From an uncultured Saccharospirillaceae bacterium (GTDB taxonomy: Bacteria; Bacteroidota; Bacteroidia; Flavobacteriales_D; CAJJDF01), in assembly GCA_950054195.1 (NCBI GenBank), contig CATLPG010000002.1, forward strand, positions 87,356 to 151,355: 64,000 nt of DNA, written 5' to 3'. Under the pieces are notes generated by a model. It made no database searches. It saw only the letters and a program-made list of their open reading frames with translations, and had not been told where the DNA came from. The position numbers and the translations under genes were made by a program. Of this stretch, positions 17,920 through 26,845 are shown piece after piece; positions within the stretch are counted from its first letter, which is position 1; each line of letters opens with the position of its first letter.

Positions 17920-19749
17920 TTATTTAACAATAGAGTTGGCAGTTATATGTTCTTCATTGTCAAAATCTTGATAAAGGTGCTTTAAGAAGGCAAATTGCCT
18001 GTCAATACCAGTTTTTCCTTCTTGTTTTAATTCTTGGTGTCTATATTCATTCTGAACTTTCCAGTTGTGGGTGTCATTTGGCACTAAGTGAGAGATAAAA
18101 ATATTAGTATTATTATCAACTTTGCATACATAACATTTTTTCAGACTAAACCTATCATAAACCTCTTGAGGTTGATCGGTAATACATTTACACAAATTAT
18201 CTATCCCCTCTTTATCAAAATCAAATAAAAATACTATTTTCTTTTGCTTGGCTAATTTATTGAAGAATGGGACTACTTTGAATATCTTGACAAGATCGGG
18301 CATATTGCCAACTCCACGTGAATCAATAAACTTATACTTTTCATTGGATAAACCGTTATCAAAATTCTTAACATCATTTTTTCCTTCAAGGAAAACTATC
18401 ATTTCATATTTCTGATTAAAAACATCCTCTAAGATTCCAAACTCTCCATGATATACAAATTTTGGGGCTAAACGTTTTAATATTTCTCGTTTCCCTTCTT
18501 CATCATTTGCACAATTTAATTCACGAGAGTCATTTAATTCAAAAAGTTCTTTCGGCTCAACTTCTACAACAGTTGACGGGGAATGCGTTGTTAATACAAC
18601 TTTGATGTTTTTAAATTGCTCTTTTATTACTTCGATATATCTTTCTGCAAGTGTAGGGTTTAAATTAGCATCAAATTCATCTAGCATAATCATTTCTAAT
18701 TTAGACCCTTTCGCAGCAAAATAATAGCAAATAAGCTCAAATATGATTTTTTCCCCACTAGAAAGAGAATCAAAATAAATATGAGTATTTGAAGAATTAT
18801 CAAAGCGTTTAAAAGCGATTTCATAATTCGATTCATATACCTGAGGTCTAACAAGTTTATACTTAAAATATCCTTTAGAATTATACTTGCTTAACTCTTC
18901 ATTTATTAATTGCCATAATTTTTTTGTTTTAGTGTTAGAGCTTTTAGTTTTAAAGTCTTGATAGATTTTATCAGACATTTTTTGAACTATTGACTCAATA
19001 GAGCGAAACTCACGTGTAATCAATTCATAAACATATTGTTTCAGAGCATGCTCACTATTGATTTTAGATTTTCTTCTAAGCTCAATAGTTAGCTTATCTC
19101 GTATTTTTTTCTTTTTTTCATCCAGTTCTCTTTTAAGTTCTTCAGATAACTTAAAGTCAATATAATTTTGAAATATTTTTCTCCCTTGTATTATTCCATA
19201 TTTTTTTTGATTTTCATTTTTATTTTGATTTAGCACATAAATTAGATGTTCATTAACTTCTTTTTCAGTAACAATACCTAATTCATTTTGAATATTAGTT
19301 AATTCATCAAACTGGTAATCATAAAGTAATTTAGCAATTGACTCAAGATAAGTATATCCACTTTCGTAAGTGATAGATCGCTGATCGAATAACGATGAAT
19401 AGAAATCAGTTTTATCTAAAAATGGTGACTCTATTCTTCCTCGTCTTCTTAATCCAACAGATTCAACATCTTGCATAACACTATCAAATGATACATCATC
19501 AGCATATCTAATACCACCTCTGTAAGTAGCAACCCTTCTTCTTTCGTTATTATATAAATCTAAGGTTTGAGGGGTTTTAATAAAACATTTACTTCTGTCG
19601 GGATAATTTTCATAAAGATATTTAAGCATGGTTGATTTTCCACAGCCATTTAATCCTGTAATAACTGCTAACTGAGTATTAAATTCAAGAACTATATTAT
19701 TACTAATCCCTTTATATCCTTTGGGTATGGCGTATTTATTCTTTTTCAT
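17920..19749 (-). CDS. ABC/SMC-type ATPase with coiled-coil insert fused to a C-terminal TOPRIM/DUF4435-like domain (OLD-, or fused PARIS AriA-AriB-like)
   Basis: Walker A GLNGCGKST, ABC signature LSSGEK, Walker B MIMLDEFD, H-loop TTHSP. A K/E-rich insert of about 150 aa separates Walker A from the signature. The C-terminus has IVFLEGKNDVKNF (E) and FLFDFDKEG (DxD), the TOPRIM acidic pattern. Confidence 0.55.
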   Translation of the reverse strand: MKKNKYAIPKGYKGISNNIVLEFNTQLAVITGLNGCGKSTMLKYLYENYPDRSKCFIKTPQTLDLYNNERRRVATYRGGIRYADDVSFDSVMQDVESVGLRRRGRIESPFLDKTDFYSSLFDQRSITYESGYTYLESIAKLLYDYQFDELTNIQNELGIVTEKEVNEHLIYVLNQNKNENQKKYGIIQGRKIFQNYIDFKLSEELKRELDEKKKKIRDKLTIELRRKSKINSEHALKQYVYELITREFRSIESIVQKMSDKIYQDFKTKSSNTKTKKLWQLINEELSKYNSKGYFKYKLVRPQVYESNYEIAFKRFDNSSNTHIYFDSLSSGEKIIFELICYYFAAKGSKLEMIMLDEFDANLNPTLAERYIEVIKEQFKNIKVVLTTHSPSTVVEVEPKELFELNDSRELNCANDEEGKREILKRLAPKFVYHGEFGILEDVFNQKYEMIVFLEGKNDVKNFDNGLSNEKYKFIDSRGVGNMPDLVKIFKVVPFFNKLAKQKKIVFLFDFDKEGIDNLCKCITDQPQEVYDRFSLKKCYVCKVDNNTNIFISHLVPNDTHNWKVQNEYRHQELKQEGKTGIDRQFAFLKHLYQDFDNEEHITANSIVK

Positions 19750-19754
19750 AATTT

Positions 19755-21044
19755 TTATTTAACCATCTCCTTTTCACTCTCAACCTTTGTCATTTTGGAG
19801 AGGAGTAAGTCTTTCATTTTTATTAAAAAGCCATTTTCTTCACTTAAAATAGACTTATGATAAAATTTTACATTCACTAAATCATCAAATATTTTCAATG
19901 TTTTTTCATCTGGGAATAGTATTTCAAAATTCTCTAAATCATCCTTTGTAACTGCTTCACGAGTAGATCCTGACTCACTAACTCCTAATAATTTTTGTTT
20001 ATATTCTTTTGACGTCAAAGCACATAAAAGATATTTAACTCCATTTCCTTTCAATCTTATTATTGCAACATGTTGATTTACTCTAGCAGGTAAAATTTCT
20101 GTTGGAACGATACAGCATCTTGCTACTGATGCTCCAGTTATATTAAATAAAATATCATGCTCTAACACTTCAACATTTTTTAATTTATCAGCTTGATAAG
20201 TATCAATATATGCTAAGTCCTTAGCTTTAAACTTAAAATCATATACATTCATACTTCTAATTAAGGAAATTCCAGATTCTTTATAGTTATCTTTTCCACC
20301 TCTAGGAGTTGAGCCACTGCCTATTTTAATGCATTTTAATCCTAATTTCAAAACCTCCCACCCCTCAGGAATATCCTTATCAAGTTCTTCATTATACACT
20401 AGTTTACCACCAGAGCTTTTATAGGGTTTTAACACACCCCCAGCCCCTCTCGAGAGGGGAGTGTTGGCTGAAGGGAACTCAAAATCTACGAACCAATGTT
20501 TGTAAAGGGCTTGGGCGGTTTCTTCTAGTTTTTGGTTGAATTGTTCGTTTAGTTTTATTCGGTTTACTACTGTATTGTATTCTTTTACTATTGCTCTTTG
20601 TTTTTCTATGCTTGGGATAGGAAGTTCTACTTCACACATTTCATCATAATCGAAAAACTCATGAGCAGACCCATGAGATTTATAACGTGCATACCTGTCA
20701 AATTCAGGTCTTTTAAACCACATCATTAAATACTCTGAATTTAAAATATTTTCATCCTTAGATTTGAATATTCGATATGATGGAGAAACTATACAATCTT
20801 TTCCTTGCCTTAAAGCGATAGAAATTTTATCTCCATTTCTTGTAGTAGCTCTGTTAAAGGCAAATTGACCATTTCTAACAATTCGGTATTTAGTCAAATC
20901 CACACCTATCGTATTTGTTTTAGCCTTTTGAAAGTGTTTTTGATTACTTATACCTCTTAGCATAGATTCTGAAATTTCACTTTCAGAATTTTTCTCATTA
21001 CAAGGTTCAATGTATTCTCCTAAACGTTTATAAGTCGATTTCAT
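19755..21044 (-). CDS. hsdS: Type I restriction-modification specificity subunit
   Basis: 429 aa with two target-recognition halves. They are separated by the conserved helix IEKQRAIVKEYNTVVNRIKLNEQFNQKLEETAQALYKHWFVDFEFP. Overlaps hsdM by 17 nt. Confidence 0.85.
   Translation of the reverse strand: MKSTYKRLGEYIEPCNEKNSESEISESMLRGISNQKHFQKAKTNTIGVDLTKYRIVRNGQFAFNRATTRNGDKISIALRQGKDCIVSPSYRIFKSKDENILNSEYLMMWFKRPEFDRYARYKSHGSAHEFFDYDEMCEVELPIPSIEKQRAIVKEYNTVVNRIKLNEQFNQKLEETAQALYKHWFVDFEFPSANTPLSRGAGGVLKPYKSSGGKLVYNEELDKDIPEGWEVLKLGLKCIKIGSGSTPRGGKDNYKESGISLIRSMNVYDFKFKAKDLAYIDTYQADKLKNVEVLEHDILFNITGASVARCCIVPTEILPARVNQHVAIIRLKGNGVKYLLCALTSKEYKQKLLGVSESGSTREAVTKDDLENFEILFPDEKTLKIFDDLVNVKFYHKSILSEENGFLIKMKDLLLSKMTKVESEKEMVK
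20431..20465. repeat. GC-rich palindromic REP/MITE-like element (copy 1, inside hsdS)
   Basis: AACACACCCCCAGCCCCTCTCGAGAGGGGAGTGTT contains the perfect palindrome CCCCTCTCGAGAGGGG flanked by AACAC/GTGTT. A near-identical sequence lies at 55926-55956. Confidence 0.8.
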
Positions 21045-22590
21045 ACCCCAATTCTTTAAATACGTTTAGTAATTCGGTTTTCGATTGTTCCTCTTGGTTT
21101 AATAAATCAGCAAACTCTGTTTGTAAAGACTTCATTTTATCCTCAAAATCAATGTTTTCGTCTCTGTTTACAAATTCTATGTATTTACTAGGTACAAGTG
21201 AATAATCTTTCTTTTCAATCTCTTCTAATGTTGCCGAATAGCAAAACTCTGGTACATCTTTATAATCGGTACTTGCTTGTTGCCATTTATGATACGTATT
21301 TGAGATAAGCTCAATGTTTTCTTCAGAAAACTGAATGAATTTTTTTTCAAATGGAATCCCAATTTTTCTCAAATCCATAAAGAGTATTTCTTCTTGCCGA
21401 TTACGGTAGTTTCTTTTACCACCAGGTAAATCAAGTAAACGTTCTTTTTTATTTTTATTTACAATCCAAATGGTTACACTTATATCAGTAGTATAAAACA
21501 TACTACTAGGAAGAATAACAATAGCTTCAATTAAGCCATTTTTAATGAGTTTTTTACGAATTTTATATTCTTCGCCACCACCACTTAAGGCACCATTTGC
21601 CAGTATAAACCCTGCAACTCCGTTTTGTGAGAGTTTGCTTACCATGTTTAGTATCCAACCGTAATTGGCATTGCTCTTTGGTGGCACATCATAACCTCTC
21701 CATCTGGGGTCGTCTAATAATTCATCTGCTCCTCTCCAGTCTTTTTGGTTAAAAGGAGGGTTTGCCATAATAAAATCAGCTTTCAAGTCTGGGTGTTGGT
21801 CTTTAGCAAAAGTATCAGCAGGTACATCTCCCAAGTTGGCGTTAATTCCTCTAATGGCCAAGTTCATTTTGGCTAGTTTGTAGGTAGTAGCAGTATATTC
21901 TTGTCCGTAAATAGAAACTTCTTTTTTATTTCCGTTATGGCTTTCAATAAACTTCATACTTTGCACAAACATACCTCCCGAACCACACGCAGGGTCATAA
22001 ATAACGCCTTTGTATGGCTCAATCATTTCGGCAATAAGGTTTACAATACTCTTAGGCGTATAAAATTCTCCTTTCCCTTTTCCTTCGGCTAGGGCAAACT
22101 TGCTTAAAAAATATTCATACACACGCCCCACAATGTCTTGCTGTTCGTCTTTTAGTGTGTCAATATTGTTTATAGTATCAAGCAAAGAAGACAGTTTACT
22201 GGCATCCATTCCCAAACGAGAAAAATAATTATCGGGTAAAGCTCCTTTTAATATTGGGTTGTTTTTCTCTATGGTAAACAAAGCGGTATCAATTTTTATG
22301 GCAATATCATCTTGCTTGGCGTTTTCCATGATATAACTCCAACGAGATTCAAGAGCTAGATAAAACACGTTATCTTTTTGGTAAAATGCTACCATATCGG
22401 CATACTGCTCTTTACCATCTGCAATTAAAGCTTGCCTGTGTTTTTCGAACTTATCACTTGTAAATTTCAAGAAGATTAAGCCAAGTACTACGTGCTTATA
22501 CTCAGAGCTTTCAACCTTTCCACGTAGTTTATTAGCCGCATCCCAGAGCGACTCTTCGATTGACTTGTCTTTTTTTGTTGTTTTTGCCAT
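21028..22590 (-). CDS. hsdM: Type I restriction-modification N6-adenine DNA methyltransferase subunit
   Basis: HsdM N-terminal LWDAANKLRG. AdoMet motif IYDPACGSGGMF. Catalytic MANPPFN. Confidence 0.9.
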   Translation of the reverse strand: MAKTTKKDKSIEESLWDAANKLRGKVESSEYKHVVLGLIFLKFTSDKFEKHRQALIADGKEQYADMVAFYQKDNVFYLALESRWSYIMENAKQDDIAIKIDTALFTIEKNNPILKGALPDNYFSRLGMDASKLSSLLDTINNIDTLKDEQQDIVGRVYEYFLSKFALAEGKGKGEFYTPKSIVNLIAEMIEPYKGVIYDPACGSGGMFVQSMKFIESHNGNKKEVSIYGQEYTATTYKLAKMNLAIRGINANLGDVPADTFAKDQHPDLKADFIMANPPFNQKDWRGADELLDDPRWRGYDVPPKSNANYGWILNMVSKLSQNGVAGFILANGALSGGGEEYKIRKKLIKNGLIEAIVILPSSMFYTTDISVTIWIVNKNKKERLLDLPGGKRNYRNRQEEILFMDLRKIGIPFEKKFIQFSEENIELISNTYHKWQQASTDYKDVPEFCYSATLEEIEKKDYSLVPSKYIEFVNRDENIDFEDKMKSLQTEFADLLNQEEQSKTELLNVFKELGYEIDL

Positions 22591-22664
22591 AGATTAACAG
22601 TGTTGATCGTTAATTATAGCAATAAAAAAGGGAAATATTCGCTTCTATTTAATTAAAATGTTGA

Positions 22665-24014
22665 TTACTTCCCAATACAAAACTTACTAAAAATATTGCC
22701 TAATAAATCATCGGTGGTGATCTCTCCTGTGATCTCTCCTAGGTAATGAAGCGACTGGCGAATGTCAATGGCTAATAAATCACCCGAAATACCTGTTTCC
22801 AATCCGTTTTTAACCGATTGAATAGCGTTATGAGCTTTGCTAAAGGCTTCATAGTGTCGCATATTAGTAATAATTACTTCTTGCTCACTAGCTCTGTCAT
22901 TTTCAATCAGCTCCACCAGTTTATTTTCTAATAAATGAATGTTTTCACTCTTATCGGCAGAAATCAGTAAATCAGCAAAAGCAGGTTGTTGGTCGCTTAA
23001 ATCAATTTTATTACCAACCAAAATTATTTTCGCATCAGTTATTGCTTCAATTTTTTCTCGTTGTGCTTTTATCAAGTCTTCGCTATCACTTACATCAAAT
23101 AGGTGAATAATGATGTTTGATTTTTTTGCTCGTTCTAAAGCTTTATCTATACCAATTTTTTCAATGGTATCTTCTGTTTCTCTAATTCCAGCAGTATCAA
23201 TAAATCGAAAGCTAATGCCTTTAATGGTTATTTCATCTTCTACCAAATCCCTTGTGGTACCAGCAATTTCAGATACTATTGCCTTGTTATCCTTTAATAG
23301 CTGATTTAATAAGGTTGATTTCCCTGCGTTTGGAGAACCAATAATAGATACAGGTACACCATTTTTTATAGCATTTCCATACGAGAATGAATCCACAATG
23401 TGTGATAATTTCGTGTCAATTTTATCAAGTAATTCATTCAGTTGCGTACGATCAGCAAACTCTACATCTTCTTCACTAAAATCCAACTCAAGCTCAATAA
23501 GTGAAGCAAAATTAATCAGCTCTTCTCTCAAAACAGAGATCTCATTTGAAACGCCTCCTTTCATTTGGTTCATTGCTAATTGATGCGCGGCTTTTGATGA
23601 CGAATCAATCAAATCTGCGATTGCTTCTGTTTGGGATAAGTCCATCTTACCATTACTAAAGGCACGCATCGAAAACTCTCCGGGTTTAGCTAATCGAGCA
23701 CCAAAATGAATGAGTAATTCTAATATTTTTTGTTGGATATATATAGATCCATGACAAGCAATTTCAATGGTATCTTCTCCTGTAAATGAAGTAGGGTTTT
23801 TAAAAACAGAAACCAGCACTTCGTCAATAACTTCATTATTGAAATTAATTGTTCCAAAAAGCACTTGGTGAGAAGGTACGTGAGCAATTTTTTTAGAAAA
23901 AATTTTCTCTGTTAATTCAAAGGCTTGATCTCCCGAAACACGAATAACAGCAATTGCTCCAATGCCATTAGCTGTAGATAATGCACATATAGTATCTGTA
24001 GATGATAAATTCAT
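22665..24014 (-). CDS. mnmE: tRNA modification GTPase MnmE (TrmE)
   Basis: G-domain GSPNAGKSTLLN, DTAGIRE, GNKIDL. C-terminal FCIGK motif. Confidence 0.9.
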   Translation of the reverse strand: MNLSSTDTICALSTANGIGAIAVIRVSGDQAFELTEKIFSKKIAHVPSHQVLFGTINFNNEVIDEVLVSVFKNPTSFTGEDTIEIACHGSIYIQQKILELLIHFGARLAKPGEFSMRAFSNGKMDLSQTEAIADLIDSSSKAAHQLAMNQMKGGVSNEISVLREELINFASLIELELDFSEEDVEFADRTQLNELLDKIDTKLSHIVDSFSYGNAIKNGVPVSIIGSPNAGKSTLLNQLLKDNKAIVSEIAGTTRDLVEDEITIKGISFRFIDTAGIRETEDTIEKIGIDKALERAKKSNIIIHLFDVSDSEDLIKAQREKIEAITDAKIILVGNKIDLSDQQPAFADLLISADKSENIHLLENKLVELIENDRASEQEVIITNMRHYEAFSKAHNAIQSVKNGLETGISGDLLAIDIRQSLHYLGEITGEITTDDLLGNIFSKFCIGK

Positions 24015-24160
24015 AGTTTAAAAATAGGGTTGTATCCTTAAAAATGGAAATATATGAGCAGCTTAAGTGAATTAATTATTCCTTAATCAACTTTCGCTTG
24101 TTATTCATTGATTAATCATATATTTTTACAAATACAAAATTTAATTTATAATTCGTTCAA

Positions 24161-25039
24161 ATGAGTGTATTAGTCAATAAAGATTCTAAAGTTATCGTTC
24201 AAGGGTTTACTGGTAGCGAAGGTACTTTCCACGCTGGTCAAATGATTGAGTATGGAACAAATGTAGTTGGAGGGGTAACTCCAGGTAAAGGAGGTCAAAC
24301 ACATCTTGATCGTCCAGTTTTTAACACAGTTACTGAAGCTGTTAAAGAAAAAGGAGCAAACGTTTCTATCATATTTGTACCACCAGCATTTGCAGCTGAT
24401 GCTATTATGGAAGCTGCTGAAGCAGGTATTCAAGTAATCATTTGTATTACTGAAGGTATCCCTACTAAAGATATGGTAGCTGTAAAAGAGTATTTATCTG
24501 ATAAAGACGTACGCTTAATTGGACCAAACTGCCCAGGTGTTATTACTGCTGATGAAGCTAAAATTGGTATCATGCCAGGATTTATCTTTAAAAAAGGTAG
24601 AGTTGGTATTGTTTCTAAATCAGGTACATTAACTTACGAAGCTGCTGATCAAGTAGTAAAAGCTGGATTAGGTATTTCTACTGCTATTGGTATTGGTGGT
24701 GACCCAATCATCGGAACTACAACTAAAGAAGCTGTAGAATTATTCATGAATGATCCAGAAACTGATGCAATTGTAATGATTGGAGAAATTGGAGGAAGCA
24801 TGGAAGCAAATGCAGCTCGTTGGATCAAAGAAAATGGTACAAAACCTGTTGTTGGTTTTATTGCAGGACAAACAGCACCAAAAGGTCGTAAAATGGGACA
24901 TGCTGGAGCTATTGTAGGTGGAGCTGATGATACTGCACAAGCTAAAATGAAAATCATGGAAGAGTGTGGTATTACTGTAGCAAAATCTCCTGCAGATATA
25001 GGTAAAAAAGTTGCTGAAGCGCTAAGCGTGAATGCATAA
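24161..25039 (+). CDS. sucD: Succinate-CoA ligase, alpha subunit
   Basis: [22 protein letters not shown], and the phosphohistidine loop MGHAGAIV. Confidence 0.9.
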   Translation: MSVLVNKDSKVIVQGFTGSEGTFHAGQMIEYGTNVVGGVTPGKGGQTHLDRPVFNTVTEAVKEKGANVSIIFVPPAFAADAIMEAAEAGIQVIICITEGIPTKDMVAVKEYLSDKDVRLIGPNCPGVITADEAKIGIMPGFIFKKGRVGIVSKSGTLTYEAADQVVKAGLGISTAIGIGGDPIIGTTTKEAVELFMNDPETDAIVMIGEIGGSMEANAARWIKENGTKPVVGFIAGQTAPKGRKMGHAGAIVGGADDTAQAKMKIMEECGITVAKSPADIGKKVAEALSVNA

Positions 25040-25062
25040 CAACTAAGCATAAAATAATTTTA

Positions 25063-25093
25063 AGCCTGTACTTTCCTGTGCAGGCTTTTTTTA
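25063..25093 (+). terminator. Rho-independent terminator after sucD
   Basis: Stem AGCCTG (25063-25068) pairs with CAGGCT (25081-25086) and is followed by a T-run. Confidence 0.7.
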
Positions 25094-25105
25094 TTGTTAA
25101 ACATC

Positions 25106-25438
25106 ATGGATTTTGAATTCGATAAAAAATGGAGAAACCTAGTGAAGGAGTTATCTACTCATCAAGACGAAGAGTTAGATTTCCAATCTATTTTATTCTT
25201 AATAGGTATTCAGGAGTTAAATAAAGGTTTTATAAAGCTTAATAAAGATCAAAAGCTAGAAGTCATGCACATTGCTGTATGTACGGTACTAGAGCCTTAC
25301 GGATTTTATGAATACTCAGGACATGACGATGACGGGTGGCCACATTATGAGGTTAAAAAAACACTTCCTAGCTTAGACCCAAGAGATCAAGAAAAATTTA
25401 TGAAACAAGCAGTAATGGATTACTTTGATAAAAATTAA
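25106..25438 (+). CDS. Conserved hypothetical protein
   Basis: The ORF track starts at TTG 25094, inside the terminator T-run. ATG at 25106 (MDFEFDKKW) is the more plausible start. Confidence 0.5.
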   Translation: MDFEFDKKWRNLVKELSTHQDEELDFQSILFLIGIQELNKGFIKLNKDQKLEVMHIAVCTVLEPYGFYEYSGHDDDGWPHYEVKKTLPSLDPRDQEKFMKQAVMDYFDKN

Positions 25439-26322
25439 TCCCAAATAACAGCAATAGATCCAAACTCTCCGCTTGTAGATGACCAAGTAATATCACCAAA
25501 TTGCTGTGCTGCTAAACAAAAAGGTGAAGCAGAGTGATTTTTACATACAGATGCTGTTGCCCCAGGAGCAATTGTATTTCCACTAGGAGCAACATATCCT
25601 CCAGAAAAAGGAAAATTAAGCGTAACGGTTCCAGTAGTAGTATTTGTAAAGTTATGGCAAACTGTGCAACAACCACCACACGCTCCTCTATAGTCACAAC
25701 TAAAACCACAAGAACTAGTTACACCTCCTCCAGCACAAACAAATGCAAAGGGAGGTAATACATTGAAAGTAACATCATCAGTAGTTGGACCACCACAACC
25801 AGTTACAGTATACCTTATAGTTACAGTATTTCCTGCATCACCAGTATTAGGGCCATATTGTCCACCACTAATTGAACCGTTTCCTACAATAACAGAAAAA
25901 GTTCCTCCACCTGGTGTACCTGTTAGTGTTCTAAAGTCATTATAACATAAATCAGCACTACTGGTAGTGTTATTCGCTGGTGCTCCTCCACTAGTGTTAT
26001 CGGTTAAACCTGTAGAACAAGGTCCTGTGTTTGTTGAGCTAATACATAAATTACCCGTACCGCTAATTGTTAAACTATTAACAGCAGTAGAAGTAATATT
26101 GAGTTGTAGGCAATGTGCATTTCCTGTAATATTAGGATATGTTCCTGCCGTTGGAATAACAACAGTGTGTGTTGCTGTAGGTACAGTTCCTAAACTCCAA
26201 TTACAGCCATCATGCCAATCATTATCGACCGAACCATTCCATGTGTTTGTTTGTGATAATGAATAATCACAAACCAAAACAACAGAAACAAAAAGGACGT
26301 ATTTAATTACACTCCTACTCAT
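25435..26322 (-). CDS. Secreted Cys/Gly/Thr-rich protein
   Basis: Signal peptide MSRSVIKYVLFVSVVLVCDYSLSQ. N-terminal TNTWNGSVDNDWHDGCNWSLGTVP. Cys cluster CAGGGVTSSCGFSCDYRGACGGCCTVCHN. Confidence 0.6.
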   Translation of the reverse strand: MSRSVIKYVLFVSVVLVCDYSLSQTNTWNGSVDNDWHDGCNWSLGTVPTATHTVVIPTAGTYPNITGNAHCLQLNITSTAVNSLTISGTGNLCISSTNTGPCSTGLTDNTSGGAPANNTTSSADLCYNDFRTLTGTPGGGTFSVIVGNGSISGGQYGPNTGDAGNTVTIRYTVTGCGGPTTDDVTFNVLPPFAFVCAGGGVTSSCGFSCDYRGACGGCCTVCHNFTNTTTGTVTLNFPFSGGYVAPSGNTIAPGATASVCKNHSASPFCLAAQQFGDITWSSTSGEFGSIAVIWD

Positions 26323-26341
26323 AATTTGATTTAGTATTTTA

Positions 26342-26383
26342 CAAAAAAAAATCTCTTGAAAGCATAAAACTTAGTCAAGAGAT
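26342..26383 (-). terminator. Rho-independent terminator for the 26409-26771 gene
   Basis: ATCTCTTGA (26351-26359) pairs with TCAAGAGAT (26375-26383). The A-run at 26342-26350 is a T-run on the minus strand. Confidence 0.7.
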
Positions 26384-26408
26384 TAAAAAATTTAAATCTA
26401 TTTTAAAT

Positions 26409-26771
26409 TTAGCAAGTTTGGCAAATAACTGTTTGTTCGTTATCGCTTTCCTCTTCAATTTTAATGATTCCAGTTGCTTGACCGTTATTTACATCAATAT
26501 CTAAAACAGCAAAACCTGCTTGACCTAATTCATAAAGTTCATCATATCTGAATGTAGCTACCCCACTACTATTAGTAGTTTCTGTTTTGTCAACCCCATC
26601 TCTAACTTGATTTGAAGCATTAGCAACGTAAAGCCTTACCTCAGCACCAACCACTACATTTTCACTAGCATCAACAACAGTTACAATAGCTGTTGTGGGC
26701 TTTTCTTTACCTCTACAACTCATTAAAGTAACTACACCTGTAGCTAATAATACTCCCAGAACTTTTTTCAT
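26409..26771 (-). CDS. Small lipoprotein, hypothetical
   Basis: The likely start is the internal Met MKKVLGVLLATGVVTLMSC (lipobox). The mature part is a beta-rich domain with no family I can name. Confidence 0.55.
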   Translation of the reverse strand: MKKVLGVLLATGVVTLMSCRGKEKPTTAIVTVVDASENVVVGAEVRLYVANASNQVRDGVDKTETTNSSGVATFRYDELYELGQAGFAVLDIDVNNGQATGIIKIEEESDNEQTVICQTC

Positions 26772-26845
26772 CGCTTTAATTTTTAATCCGAACTTAAGTT
26801 TAGCCCTTATTTTCGTAGCTTTGTTAACCAAAAATATAAATAAAT

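Noticed and set aside
24170-25050. Minus-strand ORFs of 87, 133 and 66 aa antisense to sucD
   Set aside because: sucD on the plus strand has unambiguous family motifs. The antisense ORFs are low-complexity Cys/Ser/Ile-rich shadows.
25512-26266. Shadow ORFs of 60-99 aa (three on the plus strand, one on the minus strand at 25512-25709) overlapping the Cys/Gly/Thr-rich gene
   Set aside because: They arise from the stop-poor, GC-richer composition of the real minus-strand gene. That gene has a signal peptide and a recognisable N-terminal head.
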